64,000 nt of DNA. It comes from Bdellovibrionales bacterium. GTDB lineage: Bacteria; Bdellovibrionota; Bdellovibrionia; Bdellovibrionales; JAUICD01. Positions 32,291-42,585 of the stretch are shown in pieces (position 1 is the stretch's first letter; each line of letters starts with the position of its first letter). The notes under the pieces were generated by a model. That model had not been told where the DNA came from. It ran no database searches and saw only the letters and a program-made list of their open reading frames with translations. The stretch is taken from NCBI GenBank assembly GCA_965262715.1, contig OZ253553.1, positions 928,001 through 992,000 of the forward strand, read 5' to 3'. The position numbers and the translations under genes are program-made.

Positions 32291-33721
32291 ATGAACAAAT
32301 CATCATTTATTCTAAAATTAGGATTGATTTTGCAGTTGATCTGTGTGCTTTTTCCAAAGACGATAGAAGCTCAAGATCACCTCAATGTTGAAAGCCATTT
32401 AAAGGCTTATATAGAAGCTATTGCTTACGAAAAAGGCCAAACTCTTTGTTACAGTGTGGCCTATACTATAACAAATTCTCTTAATCGACATCCTATAGCC
32501 TCTTCAAATCATCCATTTTATAATGATTTAAGGTATAGAAACTCTATATTGGAATGGGCCTTCTTTTTAAAACAGGATGCTTTTAAGAGTGCATTATCCA
32601 GTGAAGATCAAAAATCCCTAACAAGCTTGTATGTGAAATATGCAAGTTATTTGGTCAATTCAGAAGAATTTAACACAGCTATTAAACATTGTGCTTTAGA
32701 AAACAATTTAGAGCTAAAGGCTTTAGAAAGAGATATCAAAGAAAGGATTTTACATCAACAAAGAGCATCAGCAATTATAGGAGCTATTGGATCACTAGTT
32801 TCCATTGAAATAGCAATAGAGCTTATAGGAGGGCCCATTTTAAGAGGAATAGGTCAAATATTTAAATGGATAAAAAATAGAATCAAAATAGGTTATGCAG
32901 TTAGAGGTGATAGGTTATTTTCTTTTTATGATGGTCAAACTCAAAGACAAGCTGTGCAAGAACAAGTATCCTCAAAGGTTGAAAATAAAAACAAAGTTTT
33001 TAATGGTTACAACCAATGGATGAAAAGAGGAGTTCAGGGTTTAATTGCTATATCTTTTATGCCCACTTTCTTTGACATCTTCAATGCTATTGAAGATGTT
33101 TACACAGAACAACCTGAAGATGAACAATCGAATTTGATGTCATTTCAATCTCCATGGGGTGCCGAAAGTATGAGATGGTGGACGGTAAGATATGCTCAAT
33201 ATGAAGATAATATCATAGAAAAAAGTCTAAGTTTAAAACACCTATCAGAAAATCAATCAGATACTTTGGAGTGGGGGGCAGCATACATAGAATACATAAC
33301 CTGGTTAGATTTTTACATGGTAGATTACTGGATTATAAAACATCAGGTAGAACAAGCTAGAGTTGCTCCTGAAACCAGGAACCTTAAGAAGGTTCGTGTT
33401 TTGAGTATGGCATTACAGCTTTTTGATTTAAGGAAAAAAGAATTAGAAATGGAACTTGCTGACCTACAAAGTAGAAATACAATCAATGCAAACCACCGCA
33501 GAGAGTATCTTACAGTTTTATTTAAGCTCTTAGAAATATCTCAAGGTCTGCCATACGGTGTCTGTAATCAAGTTAGGTCTCCTTTACTTTGTAGATTTCA
33601 TCTGTTGTACACAAAAAAATATTTAGGAGAGCATTTAACTGACATGGAATATCAAGAACTACAACAACTCACTGCAAATCTAGAACAATTATTACAGCGG
33701 CCTTTTGAAAATAGTATTTAA
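32291..33721 (+). CDS. exported hypothetical protein with Gly-rich hydrophobic helices
   Basis: Signal peptide; ASAIIGAIGSLVSIEIAIELIGG segment. Confidence 0.6.
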   Translation: MNKSSFILKLGLILQLICVLFPKTIEAQDHLNVESHLKAYIEAIAYEKGQTLCYSVAYTITNSLNRHPIASSNHPFYNDLRYRNSILEWAFFLKQDAFKSALSSEDQKSLTSLYVKYASYLVNSEEFNTAIKHCALENNLELKALERDIKERILHQQRASAIIGAIGSLVSIEIAIELIGGPILRGIGQIFKWIKNRIKIGYAVRGDRLFSFYDGQTQRQAVQEQVSSKVENKNKVFNGYNQWMKRGVQGLIAISFMPTFFDIFNAIEDVYTEQPEDEQSNLMSFQSPWGAESMRWWTVRYAQYEDNIIEKSLSLKHLSENQSDTLEWGAAYIEYITWLDFYMVDYWIIKHQVEQARVAPETRNLKKVRVLSMALQLFDLRKKELEMELADLQSRNTINANHRREYLTVLFKLLEISQGLPYGVCNQVRSPLLCRFHLLYTKKYLGEHLTDMEYQELQQLTANLEQLLQRPFENSI

Positions 33722-33844
33722 GTTTTATGAAGAAAATCTAAAGTTTATCCAACAAAATCTTTTTAGTAGAGAATATAATATATTGGCAAGATAAGAGCGC
33801 ATCCTGTGGTAAGTAGTTATACTACTGTCTTTTAGAAACTTATT

Positions 33845-35030
33845 ATGGTGATGAGTAGAAAAAACCAGGGGAATGGTAGTTTAGGAGATTTCATTATAGA
33901 GCTTTTTCACTTTTTTACTCGCATTTGCTATTTTGGAGTAAAAAATATCAACTTTAAAAGTTTTGAAACATGGTGCATTTCATTAATAACAGCAAGCTTC
34001 TTAGGAGCAATTCCATTAGGACCAATAAACTATTTGAAAAGCTCTGTGAGTGCTGTATCTCCCTCACTTCCTTTCTATTGGAAGATTTTTTTCAATATGT
34101 CACCTTTTATTCAATATACTGTGCTGCTAAGCTTGTTGGGAATAATTACTCTGTTCTTTTTTGGCTTTCGAGATTTTAGAAGGCATGTTGTATTTCAAAC
34201 AGCTATAGATTGTACCAGTCTAAAAAATTCTAAAGGAAAGGTCCCAAAGGAGAATATCGCTCTAAAGTGTTGGAGTAGGAGCTGCTACAGGTACAATAGC
34301 AGGTTCAGCTATAAAGCTAAAATAAGGGAGCGGGAATAACAGGTGGCTTATTAGGAGCAGTAATAGGTGGAGCCGGTCTCTATGTCTATGCTATCCATAG
34401 TCTTCTTGAAAAAAGAGATACAAAAACAAGAAGACAAACTTTACTTAATCTTGATAAGTTTTCAGTTTCAACTCCTTCAAAAAGAAGTGAGGTTCAAGAC
34501 TTTAAATTATCTGCTCCTGATGTAAATAAAGAATGTTTTGAATGGAAGGTTAAAGGAAATAAGCTCGTTCAACAACATTGTGTGTGGAGTATTCAAGGAA
34601 ATTCCTTAAAGAAACTGAAAAAATATTGAATCAGTTCATGGAATGCTCGAAAGAACTTCAATCTAGTATAGTTGACTATATGAGTCAAAGAGATAATGCA
34701 GTTAATATCCTCACAGAAAAAATCAATGTGATAGATACCCAGCTTAAAGAAGTAGATTTAGAAAGAAAACAATTTGATAAACGGCTAGATTTTTTGATTG
34801 ACGGTGAGCATACTGAAACAGATCAACTCCTCAAAGATGATTATAAAAGGCAATATTTAAGTAAAAAAATTAAAGAGCAAAAGTTGATGAAGAAAAGAGA
34901 TCAACTTCAGTTATTTCAAAAACAACTCTCTAATACACAAGATTTTGATTCTGATAAGAAAAGCTTTAAAAATATAACCAAAGCTTTTGATTATATTCAA
35001 AGAAATGATTTGGTTTCTCTTGCTCTATAA
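33845..35030 (+). pseudogene. fused gene fragments (membrane protein, glycine-zipper protein, coiled-coil), probably from a decayed integrative element
   Basis: Abrupt frame changes; GVGAATGTIAG/GGLLGAVIGG zipper with an internal stop; coiled-coil ORF 34578-35030. Confidence 0.4.
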
Positions 35031-35274
35031 GCAAGTTTTTATTTAAGACAAAGCAGTATATTGACGTAATAAGAGTGATTACGTGTATATACTTATTTTA
35101 GCAGTGAGTTTATAAAGCCAAGGAAAAAACGACCTTGTGTTTGGGATACTTTGTCTTAGTAAATTTAAGCAAATTATGGAAGAAAAAACCTTAAGAATCA
35201 GCCTATAGAGACCTTAAACCTAAATAAAAACTTGCTTATGTCGGGAAGCGGCGCAAGCAACGCTCGCATGGGAA

Positions 35275-35415
35275 TTAACATTGTGTCAAAAAACAAAAGG
35301 TATCTTTCCTCCTAAAAATGATCAAGCTTTCTAGGCAGTCAGCATTTTATTGACGGTGCCAACCGTCAAGCTGGCTGCCAAAAAGTAGCCAGGGGCTAGA
35401 TCATTTTTAGGGAAA
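35275..35415 (+). repeat. structured palindromic repeat, copy B
   Basis: CTAAAAATGATC/GATCATTTTTAG outer stem enclosing GCAGTCAGC...GCTGGCTGC and TAGCC-AGG-GGCTA hairpins. Confidence 0.75.
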
Positions 35416-35599
35416 CTAGCATCCCCTATTCCTTTAGATACAAAAAATATTCTCAATCCACAATTTTCAATGAAACCAATTATTTCTACTAATTCCTTAA
35501 ATTTCTACCATAAAATGAGAATGTAGTGGTACAAAATCACATATCCACTGTAACTAACTAAAATAACTCAACTTTATTTTCGCAACTGTCAAACTCAAG

Positions 35600-35970
35600 A
35601 ATTTGGATAATGGTAAAGAGTTTTTATGTCATGAGAAGATCAGTGAATATACCGGATGTAAAGTTTATTTTGCACATCCTTACACTTCCTATGAGAGAGG
35701 TTTAAATGAGAACACGAATGGTTTAATCCGTCAGTATTTTCCAAAAAAGACAGATTTTAGAGAAATCACCTCTAAGGATCTAAAAAGGGTTGAGTTTCTT
35801 TTAAACCATTGCCCTTGAAAGAGTTTAGGTTTTCTAAGTCCTCATGAATTTCATAGACAGAAAATGGTTTGTTGAAATCATTATTAACTCAACTCCTACT
35901 CTCAACATCCTGGTAACAATTTATTATGAGGCAACACCCACGACACCTTAAGTTGCACTTGCGATTTGAA
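35600..35970 (+). mobile_element. IS30-family relic (transposase 3' part and right end)
   Basis: DNGKEF, FAHPYTSYERGLNENTNGLIRQYFPK; terminal GTTGCACTTGCGATTTGA. Confidence 0.85.
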
Positions 35971-36078
35971 GTTATATTTTGCTATTTTTACAGTATTTTA
36001 AATATAATTTCTCCTTGTGTTTTTAGATAGTTACATAAATTATTGTCGCAAAAATGTCGTAAACATGTCGTAAACTTA

Positions 36079-37185
36079 TTACAAATTGAAACCTTCTTTT
36101 AGAGTGTAAAACACCTTATGTGTTGCATCTCTAGCTATAATAACTTTTTTATCAATCATATCTTTTAAATCTCTTTGTAATGTTCTCTTGGTGATTTTGG
36201 AAGCCAATCTTCCTTTTGAAGTTTTTTTCTTAACAAGTTCCATTTTTGTACAAAGATCGTCAAAGTCTTTTGGAAAAAGTTTTTCATTTTCTAAAATATG
36301 CTCTACAATCACTTCTTGCCTCTGAGATAGATTATGATTTTGTACCAAGACATCCTTTAGAATGACTTTTTTTCCTATCTCCATAACTTCATTCATTTGA
36401 AGCAAAAAGCCTTTTACAAAATAATCCAACCAATCTGTCATATCCATATCTTTATTTTGTTCCACAGATCTGATGGCTTTGTAAAAATTTTGTCTATCCT
36501 TATCATAGTATTCACTGATAGAAAAAAGTCTTTTAAAATCATAACCTGACTTATAAAGATAAAAAGCACAGAGTAAGCGAGAGGTTCGCCCGTTACCATC
36601 TACAAAAGGGTGGATATGAACAAATTGAAATTGGATGATACCACTTTTTAAAACTGGATGAATTTTTGAATCTTGATTGATCCATTCTACAAGTTCTCTC
36701 ATAAGAGCAGGTACTTCTGTTGGTTTAGGAGGTATATAAACAATCTCCTTTGTGACCGCATTACCTATATAATTTTGTATATTTCGATACTTTCCTGGCT
36801 TAGCACTTCCTCCACGTACTCCTTTAACTAGCTCTTTGTGAATCTCTTTAATCATAAATTCTTGAATACTAACTTCTTTTTTTAAATAATCTGAGACCAA
36901 ATTAAAAGCATCTCTATAATTTTTAACTTCTTTGATGTCCTGTCTGTCAGCATTCAGAACTTGTTTTCCAGCTAAAATCTTTTTAGATTGTTCAAGAGTC
37001 AACTGTGTTCCTTCTATGTGAGTTGTATGATGTGTTTCTAAAAGTAGGGCATTTCTACTCATTTTTTTGACCCATTGATTTGAAAGATGAGCTGCTTTTA
37101 AGAAGCCTCTGGATTGCTCAATTTGCATTAAATTATTCAATATAGATTGAGTAATTTGAAATTTTGGAGAGAATTTTCTTTTCAT
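36079..37185 (-). CDS. Fic family protein with a C-terminal winged HTH
   Basis: HPFVDGNGRTSR catalytic motif, TTHIEG, TLQRDL. Confidence 0.92.
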   Translation of the reverse strand: MKRKFSPKFQITQSILNNLMQIEQSRGFLKAAHLSNQWVKKMSRNALLLETHHTTHIEGTQLTLEQSKKILAGKQVLNADRQDIKEVKNYRDAFNLVSDYLKKEVSIQEFMIKEIHKELVKGVRGGSAKPGKYRNIQNYIGNAVTKEIVYIPPKPTEVPALMRELVEWINQDSKIHPVLKSGIIQFQFVHIHPFVDGNGRTSRLLCAFYLYKSGYDFKRLFSISEYYDKDRQNFYKAIRSVEQNKDMDMTDWLDYFVKGFLLQMNEVMEIGKKVILKDVLVQNHNLSQRQEVIVEHILENEKLFPKDFDDLCTKMELVKKKTSKGRLASKITKRTLQRDLKDMIDKKVIIARDATHKVFYTLKEGFNL

Positions 37186-37267
37186 TTGAGCCTTCCTAAA
37201 GTTTTTAGACCATATTTTTGGGAAACAAGCCAAAAATAGTCAGAGACCAGTTTATTTTGAGTGAAAC

Positions 37268-37344
37268 TGGCGTACCCGGCACGATTCGAACGTGCAACCA
37301 CCAGATTCGTAGTCTGGTACTCTATCCAGTTGAGCTACGGGTAC
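37268..37344 (-). tRNA. tRNA-Arg(ACG)
   Basis: Cloverleaf with anticodon arm CCAGA-CTACGAA-TCTGG and CCA end. Confidence 0.97.
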
Positions 37345-37662
37345 ATGGTCTTATATCTATTTTAGAATTTTACTTTGAAACTATCATATAAATATCAACA
37401 AGTTAACGGTTGCCAGTCTGCCCGACTGCCGGAATATTGAAATACTGGCTCAAACATACAAGAAATCTGTTTATATCTGTAAAACAAAACCTCTTCATCA
37501 TAATTTACAATACTCTAAAAGGTAAATTTTTAACAAGGCCTAACAAGAATCTATAGTAAAATAATCCTCATTATTTTTAAGATATTAAATAGGAAGTAAT
37601 ATGACGAATGGGATATTTGCAAGGAGTGAGTGGTACACAATAAGCAAGTGGTATTAAAAAAT

Positions 37663-37704
37663 AAAAGGCTATGGTTAGTGTTTATCCACTCAACATAGCC
37701 TTTT
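37663..37704 (-). terminator. intrinsic terminator of the beta-barrel gene
   Basis: AAAAGGCTATG...CATAGCCTTTT hairpin. Confidence 0.6.
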
Positions 37705-37742
37705 AAAAGGTATTTAAAAATTATTACTCTGCAGTTATTTCA

Positions 37743-38429
37743 TTAAAAGTGGTAACCCACTCCTATTGTGGCATAGACACCGTTAAACTTGCTATTACAA
37801 TCAAATTCTCCACTTGCATCTAGGGTATCATCTTCGGTACTACTTCCTGAACCTGATAATGAGCATTTTTTAAAAGAAAGTAAATCATAACCACCTTCTA
37901 GTTTCATTAGAAAATTAGGAGTTATTTTATACCCAACTTCTACACCTATTTGAGCAGTGAAGTTATTCCATAAAAATTCACTACTACTTATATCTAGATT
38001 AACATTAGCATTTTCACCAGTGCGAAGTGCAGAAAGATTACGATTATCACTATAATGCTTCCAAATATCCAAACCAAGAATAGGTCCCAGAAAGAGAGCA
38101 TCCATTTCAAATCTATAATTTGCTAAAAGAGCCACTCGATGCTTATTTCGCTTTCCCGATGTACTTATAGATGCATCGCCTACACTAGCTGACCCTGATG
38201 CTGATTTAGAATAAAATCGATATCTTGGCCCAATACCAAAACTAGAATTTTCATTTATAGATATACGGTAAAGAGCATCTGCACCAAAATGCCATGCACC
38301 ATCTGTTTGGAATTTTTTACCAAAATGAGCTGAAATTTCACCACTTCCATAAGCAAAAGAAGAAATTCCTAGTAAAACTGCTGAACAAATAAATAAGTTT
38401 TTAAGTAAATTTTTTTTAAATTGATTCAT
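37743..38429 (-). CDS. outer-membrane beta-barrel protein
   Basis: Signal peptide, alternating beta strands, C-terminal YATIGVGYHF. Confidence 0.85.
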   Translation of the reverse strand: MNQFKKNLLKNLFICSAVLLGISSFAYGSGEISAHFGKKFQTDGAWHFGADALYRISINENSSFGIGPRYRFYSKSASGSASVGDASISTSGKRNKHRVALLANYRFEMDALFLGPILGLDIWKHYSDNRNLSALRTGENANVNLDISSSEFLWNNFTAQIGVEVGYKITPNFLMKLEGGYDLLSFKKCSLSGSGSSTEDDTLDASGEFDCNSKFNGVYATIGVGYHF

Positions 38430-38766
38430 AACAATACCTCCACAAAGATTAAATAGAATTTACTTTTTGTAAAATAAAGTAAATTCTCTGTCAAAGTGAG
38501 GATATTTACAGAACCTTACAAGATTGTCTACCAAAAACTTTTACCTACAAGCTATTTTTGAAATATATGAAATATATACAATATCCAGATGCCATTTTAG
38601 CTTTTTTTGTGTAATTTTTACAAAAAACAAGGTTTTTATCGGTTTTCATTAGTCTTCATTAGAACAGAGCCTAAGAGAAAATATCTTGACCTATACAAAG
38701 TGAATTTATATTTTGAACATCTTTCTGATACACAAAAATAAATAAATGCATCAAAAGTGATACAAA

Positions 38767-39582
38767 ATGGTAACAAAAGATATTTTAAATGCTAAAATTG
38801 TTTTTCAGCAGCACATTCATGAATCATTGATGATTTTAAGAGTTTGCTTTTTACAAAATAACACTCCGCCATTTAAACCAGGTCAATTTGGCACTTTAGG
38901 CATTTTAGAAACTTACACCAAAGACAATCAGGAAAAACTTCGTTTGATCAGGCGATCCTACTCTGTAGCCTCAGCAAAAAATAAAGCCAATTATTTAGAA
39001 TACTTTATCACTAAAGTGCAAAATGGCGTATTAACAGATCAACTGTTTTCTCTAAAAACAGGAGGCTTAATTTGGATGAGTCAAAAAATCACAGGATTTT
39101 TCACCTTGGACCCTGTACCTAAAAACACTCATTTAATTTGGATTGCAACAGGCACTGGTGTGGCTCCCTTTGTGAGTATGCTCAGGTCCTCTATTTTAGA
39201 AGAAAGGCCAAACTATAAAATCATCCTTTTGCACGGAGTGCGTTATAAAAATGATTTAGGTTATGAAAAAGAATTAGAATACATCTCTCAAACAAAAAAA
39301 GATTTTTTTTATTGCCCAATTGTAAGTCGACCTGACACAACATGGAAGGAACAAAAAAAATCAATAGGAAGAGTGCAATCCTTATGGCAAAATCAACTTA
39401 TGAAAGGGTATTTTGAATTTATACCATCTCCTCAAAATGCTCACGTGATGCTATGCGGCAACCCTTATATGATTGAAGATATGTTGGTGATTTTAGAAAA
39501 ACTTAATTTTTCTATTCATACTAGAAGGCAACCTGGTAATATTCATTTTGAGAAGTATTGGACAAAAAAAAATGACTCATAA
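38767..39582 (+). CDS. fpr: ferredoxin/flavodoxin-NADP reductase
   Basis: RRSYSVAS, ATGTGVAPF, MLCGNP, FEKYW. Confidence 0.9.
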   Translation: MVTKDILNAKIVFQQHIHESLMILRVCFLQNNTPPFKPGQFGTLGILETYTKDNQEKLRLIRRSYSVASAKNKANYLEYFITKVQNGVLTDQLFSLKTGGLIWMSQKITGFFTLDPVPKNTHLIWIATGTGVAPFVSMLRSSILEERPNYKIILLHGVRYKNDLGYEKELEYISQTKKDFFYCPIVSRPDTTWKEQKKSIGRVQSLWQNQLMKGYFEFIPSPQNAHVMLCGNPYMIEDMLVILEKLNFSIHTRRQPGNIHFEKYWTKKNDS

Positions 39583-40336
39583 ATCCTTCTCTCCAGATTT
39601 TATAAATCATATCACTTCTACTGTGCATCAAATAAGTAACCAAGGAAAAACTTCATTAATTGCTGCTTTTGATGCAGATGGGACTTTATGGGATGCAGAT
39701 GTAGGGAATTTATTTTTTCACTATCACATGACCAATCCTCATGTAAAAATACCACAAAAGCTATGGAAAGACTATGAGGCTTTCTATTTTCATAACCCAA
39801 AGGATGCACTCACAGAGCTTGCCCTTTTAAATGCAGGACATAGCCTTCCTCAAGTGAGGAAATGGGCTAAAGATTGCTATAATCAAAATAAAAAAAAGAT
39901 CCCTATTTTCACTCCACAAATAAATCTTATCAAAACTTTACAAGATTTAAATGTTCATGTTTATATTGTAACAGCTAGCTTTAAGTGCGCTGTTGAACCT
40001 TTTGCAGAACTCTTCAATATAGATAAAGATCATGTAATTGGAACAGAATTAGAAGTTCAAGATGACCTTACACATCGAAAACTTAAAAGACTAACTTATG
40101 GTAAAGGTAAAGTTGAAGGCTTATTGCAAGAAACAAAAGGCATAAACCCTTTTTTTTCTATAGGAAATGCAATGCCTGATCAGCCGCTATTGCACATAGC
40201 CTCTCATATCAGACTAGCTATCCAATCTACAAAAAAAGATATTCATCTTTATAAAAGTGAACAAGATCTCAAGGCAGTTGCTATCAATGAAGGAACTCAA
40301 AATGGTTGGTTTCACCATCAATTTTACAATGATTAA
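39572..40336 (+). CDS. HAD-superfamily hydrolase
   Basis: FDADGTLW, IVTAS, GK and GNAMPD motifs. Confidence 0.85.
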   Translation: MTHKSFSPDFINHITSTVHQISNQGKTSLIAAFDADGTLWDADVGNLFFHYHMTNPHVKIPQKLWKDYEAFYFHNPKDALTELALLNAGHSLPQVRKWAKDCYNQNKKKIPIFTPQINLIKTLQDLNVHVYIVTASFKCAVEPFAELFNIDKDHVIGTELEVQDDLTHRKLKRLTYGKGKVEGLLQETKGINPFFSIGNAMPDQPLLHIASHIRLAIQSTKKDIHLYKSEQDLKAVAINEGTQNGWFHHQFYND

Positions 40337-40353
40337 ATCAGTATAAATCATTA

Positions 40354-41172
40354 CTATATGACATCTTCAACTCTTGTTATAAAATGAAGTTGAGCTTCCT
40401 TACCTATAAGGTGATTAGGAATATGATTTACCTTAATAGATATTTCTGTATTTTTAATTACAGTTGATAGTGAAGAATATTGATGATTATTTTCTAAAAT
40501 CAATTTTGCTTGAAAAGTTCCCTTTATAAGAACCTCTCTTTGACTTTGAAAAGTATATCCTTTTTGATTGTCATTTTTTTTCAGAGTTCCTCTAAGATAA
40601 AATGGCCTTCCAAGAAGCTTTGCAGCTGTAACCATATCATTATTCAAAAGCCTTTCTCTAATATATGTACTAGAGATAACCTGTTTATCTAAAACTGCAG
40701 GTGCAATTATTTGTAGTTTGATATCTTGATGAGATGTCATTTTTTTTAGCTCTGCTAGGGTTCCATGCCTTTTAAAACCAAATGCAAAATCATGGCCTAC
40801 AACAAGCACTTTTGGGCAAAAAGGTTTACAGATTGAATCTTGAAAAAATGTGTGAGCGCTTTTTTGAGCAAGTTGCTTTGAAAAAGGTTCTATAATAAGA
40901 TAATCAATACCAATTTCTCTTAAAGTATCTTTTTGATCTTGCTCGTCAAATAAAGGACAAAAAGGAGGGATAGGAGAAGATGGTGATAAAATAAACCTAG
41001 GATGAGGAAAAAATGTCATCGCTACAGAAGGAACTTGAAGTTTTTTTGAAAACTGTACAAGTTCAAATAGAAGTTTTCTATGGCCTAAATGAACTCCATC
41101 AAACTTACCTATCGTCATAACAGACCCAGAAAGTGGGGCTGATAGCTTATCAATGCCATTTAATATTTTCAT
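40354..41172 (-). CDS. ribF: FAD synthetase (RibF adenylyltransferase module) with a degenerate kinase domain
   Basis: GKFDGVHLGH, TFFPHP, VGHDFAFG, ISSTYIR, LLGRPF; no PTAN motif. Confidence 0.85.
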   Translation of the reverse strand: MKILNGIDKLSAPLSGSVMTIGKFDGVHLGHRKLLFELVQFSKKLQVPSVAMTFFPHPRFILSPSSPIPPFCPLFDEQDQKDTLREIGIDYLIIEPFSKQLAQKSAHTFFQDSICKPFCPKVLVVGHDFAFGFKRHGTLAELKKMTSHQDIKLQIIAPAVLDKQVISSTYIRERLLNNDMVTAAKLLGRPFYLRGTLKKNDNQKGYTFQSQREVLIKGTFQAKLILENNHQYSSLSTVIKNTEISIKVNHIPNHLIGKEAQLHFITRVEDVI

Positions 41173-41360
41173 AGAAGACTCGTCATAATTATCTTTTGTA
41201 AAGGCTATTAAATACAACCTATTGCCAAATTTATAATAAAAAAGCTCTATCGTTCAAAGCAAGTTATCTAAAATAAAAATTTACAGCAACTACAAATAGT
41301 GATAACAAGTGAGAAATAGTGATAACAAATATTGTGGCTATTTAATTAGGGGAGGTATTT

Positions 41361-42338
41361 GTGAAATTAGGCACACTTAAATCAAATACACCAGATGGAC
41401 AGCTTGTAGTTGTATCAAAAGATAATAAGAAGGCCTTACCCGTTAAACATATCGCGCATCATCTACAGCAGGCATTTGATGACTGGCGCAACACCTACCC
41501 ACAACTTGAAAAAGTCTATCAAAATTTGAATAATGGCACTATAAAAGGAGAAGTGAAAGTAGATGAAAATCAATTTCACTCACCACTTCCTCGTGCCTAT
41601 CAATGGGTGGATGGCTCTGCCTTTATTGAGCACATTAAGCTTGTTAGAAAAGCTCGAGGAGCAGCTCTGCCAGAGACACTAAAGACTATTCCTCTTTTAT
41701 ATCAAGGTGGAAGTGATACATTTTTAGCTCCAAGAGAAGACATCTCTTTGTTAGATACGTCTTATGGTTTAGATTTTGAAGGTGAAGTAGCTATTATCAC
41801 AGACTTTGTTCCAAGGGGAATAAGTCCTGATGCTGCTTTGAGTCATATAAAGCTACTAATGCTTTGCAATGATGTGTCTTTAAGAGCACTTATTCCTCAA
41901 GAGCTATCTATGGGGTTTGGTTTTTTTGTGAGTAAGCCATCATCTGCTTTTTCTCCATTTACTATCACCCCTGATGAACTAGGAGATCATTGGAAGAATG
42001 GCCGAGTTCATCTACCATTAGAAAGCAAATATAATGGTCAAAACTTTGGGCATCCATCAGGTAGTGAAATGTTTTTTCATTTTGGTCAATTGATTTCCAG
42101 AGCTGCAACTACACGCAATTTAGGAGCTGGAACTATAATCGGAAGTGGGACTTTTTCTAATGAGGACTCTAAAAAAGGTAGTAGCTGCTTAGCAGAACAG
42201 AGAATGCGGGAGAAAATCCAAACAGGCCAGATAAAAACACCTTTTATGAAGGATGGAGATATTCTACAAATAGAGATGCATACACCAGATGGCCACAATC
42301 TTTTTGGAACAATCCTCCAAAGAGTAAAACAAATTTAG
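41361..42338 (+). CDS. fumarylacetoacetate hydrolase family protein
   Basis: SPLPRAYQWVDGSAF, DFEGEV, NDVSLR, GTIIGSGT. Confidence 0.92.
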   Translation: MKLGTLKSNTPDGQLVVVSKDNKKALPVKHIAHHLQQAFDDWRNTYPQLEKVYQNLNNGTIKGEVKVDENQFHSPLPRAYQWVDGSAFIEHIKLVRKARGAALPETLKTIPLLYQGGSDTFLAPREDISLLDTSYGLDFEGEVAIITDFVPRGISPDAALSHIKLLMLCNDVSLRALIPQELSMGFGFFVSKPSSAFSPFTITPDELGDHWKNGRVHLPLESKYNGQNFGHPSGSEMFFHFGQLISRAATTRNLGAGTIIGSGTFSNEDSKKGSSCLAEQRMREKIQTGQIKTPFMKDGDILQIEMHTPDGHNLFGTILQRVKQI

Positions 42339-42348
42339 GTATTTATTA

Positions 42349-42553
42349 GGCTGTTGACATTTTAACATAACATATTGAAATTGTTGTAAATAAAACTAAT
42401 ACTTTTTTCTTAATTTATGAAGTTTATAATTATGTCAAAAGCGAGTAGTCCTCGATCAATCGCTTATGCGATTACTTTTGCTGAAGAACTCGCCTCTTAA
42501 GCATAATTATTAAGTTTTGTAGAGCTTTTCTGCTAGTGAAATGTCAACATTCC
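42349..42553. repeat. MITE-like palindromic element (family 2)
   Basis: Ends TGTTGACATTT/AAATGTCAACA; core homologous to the reverse complement of 50710-50810. Confidence 0.65.
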
Positions 42554-42585
42554 TAACAATAATAAAAAAAATTAGAGGAGACACA

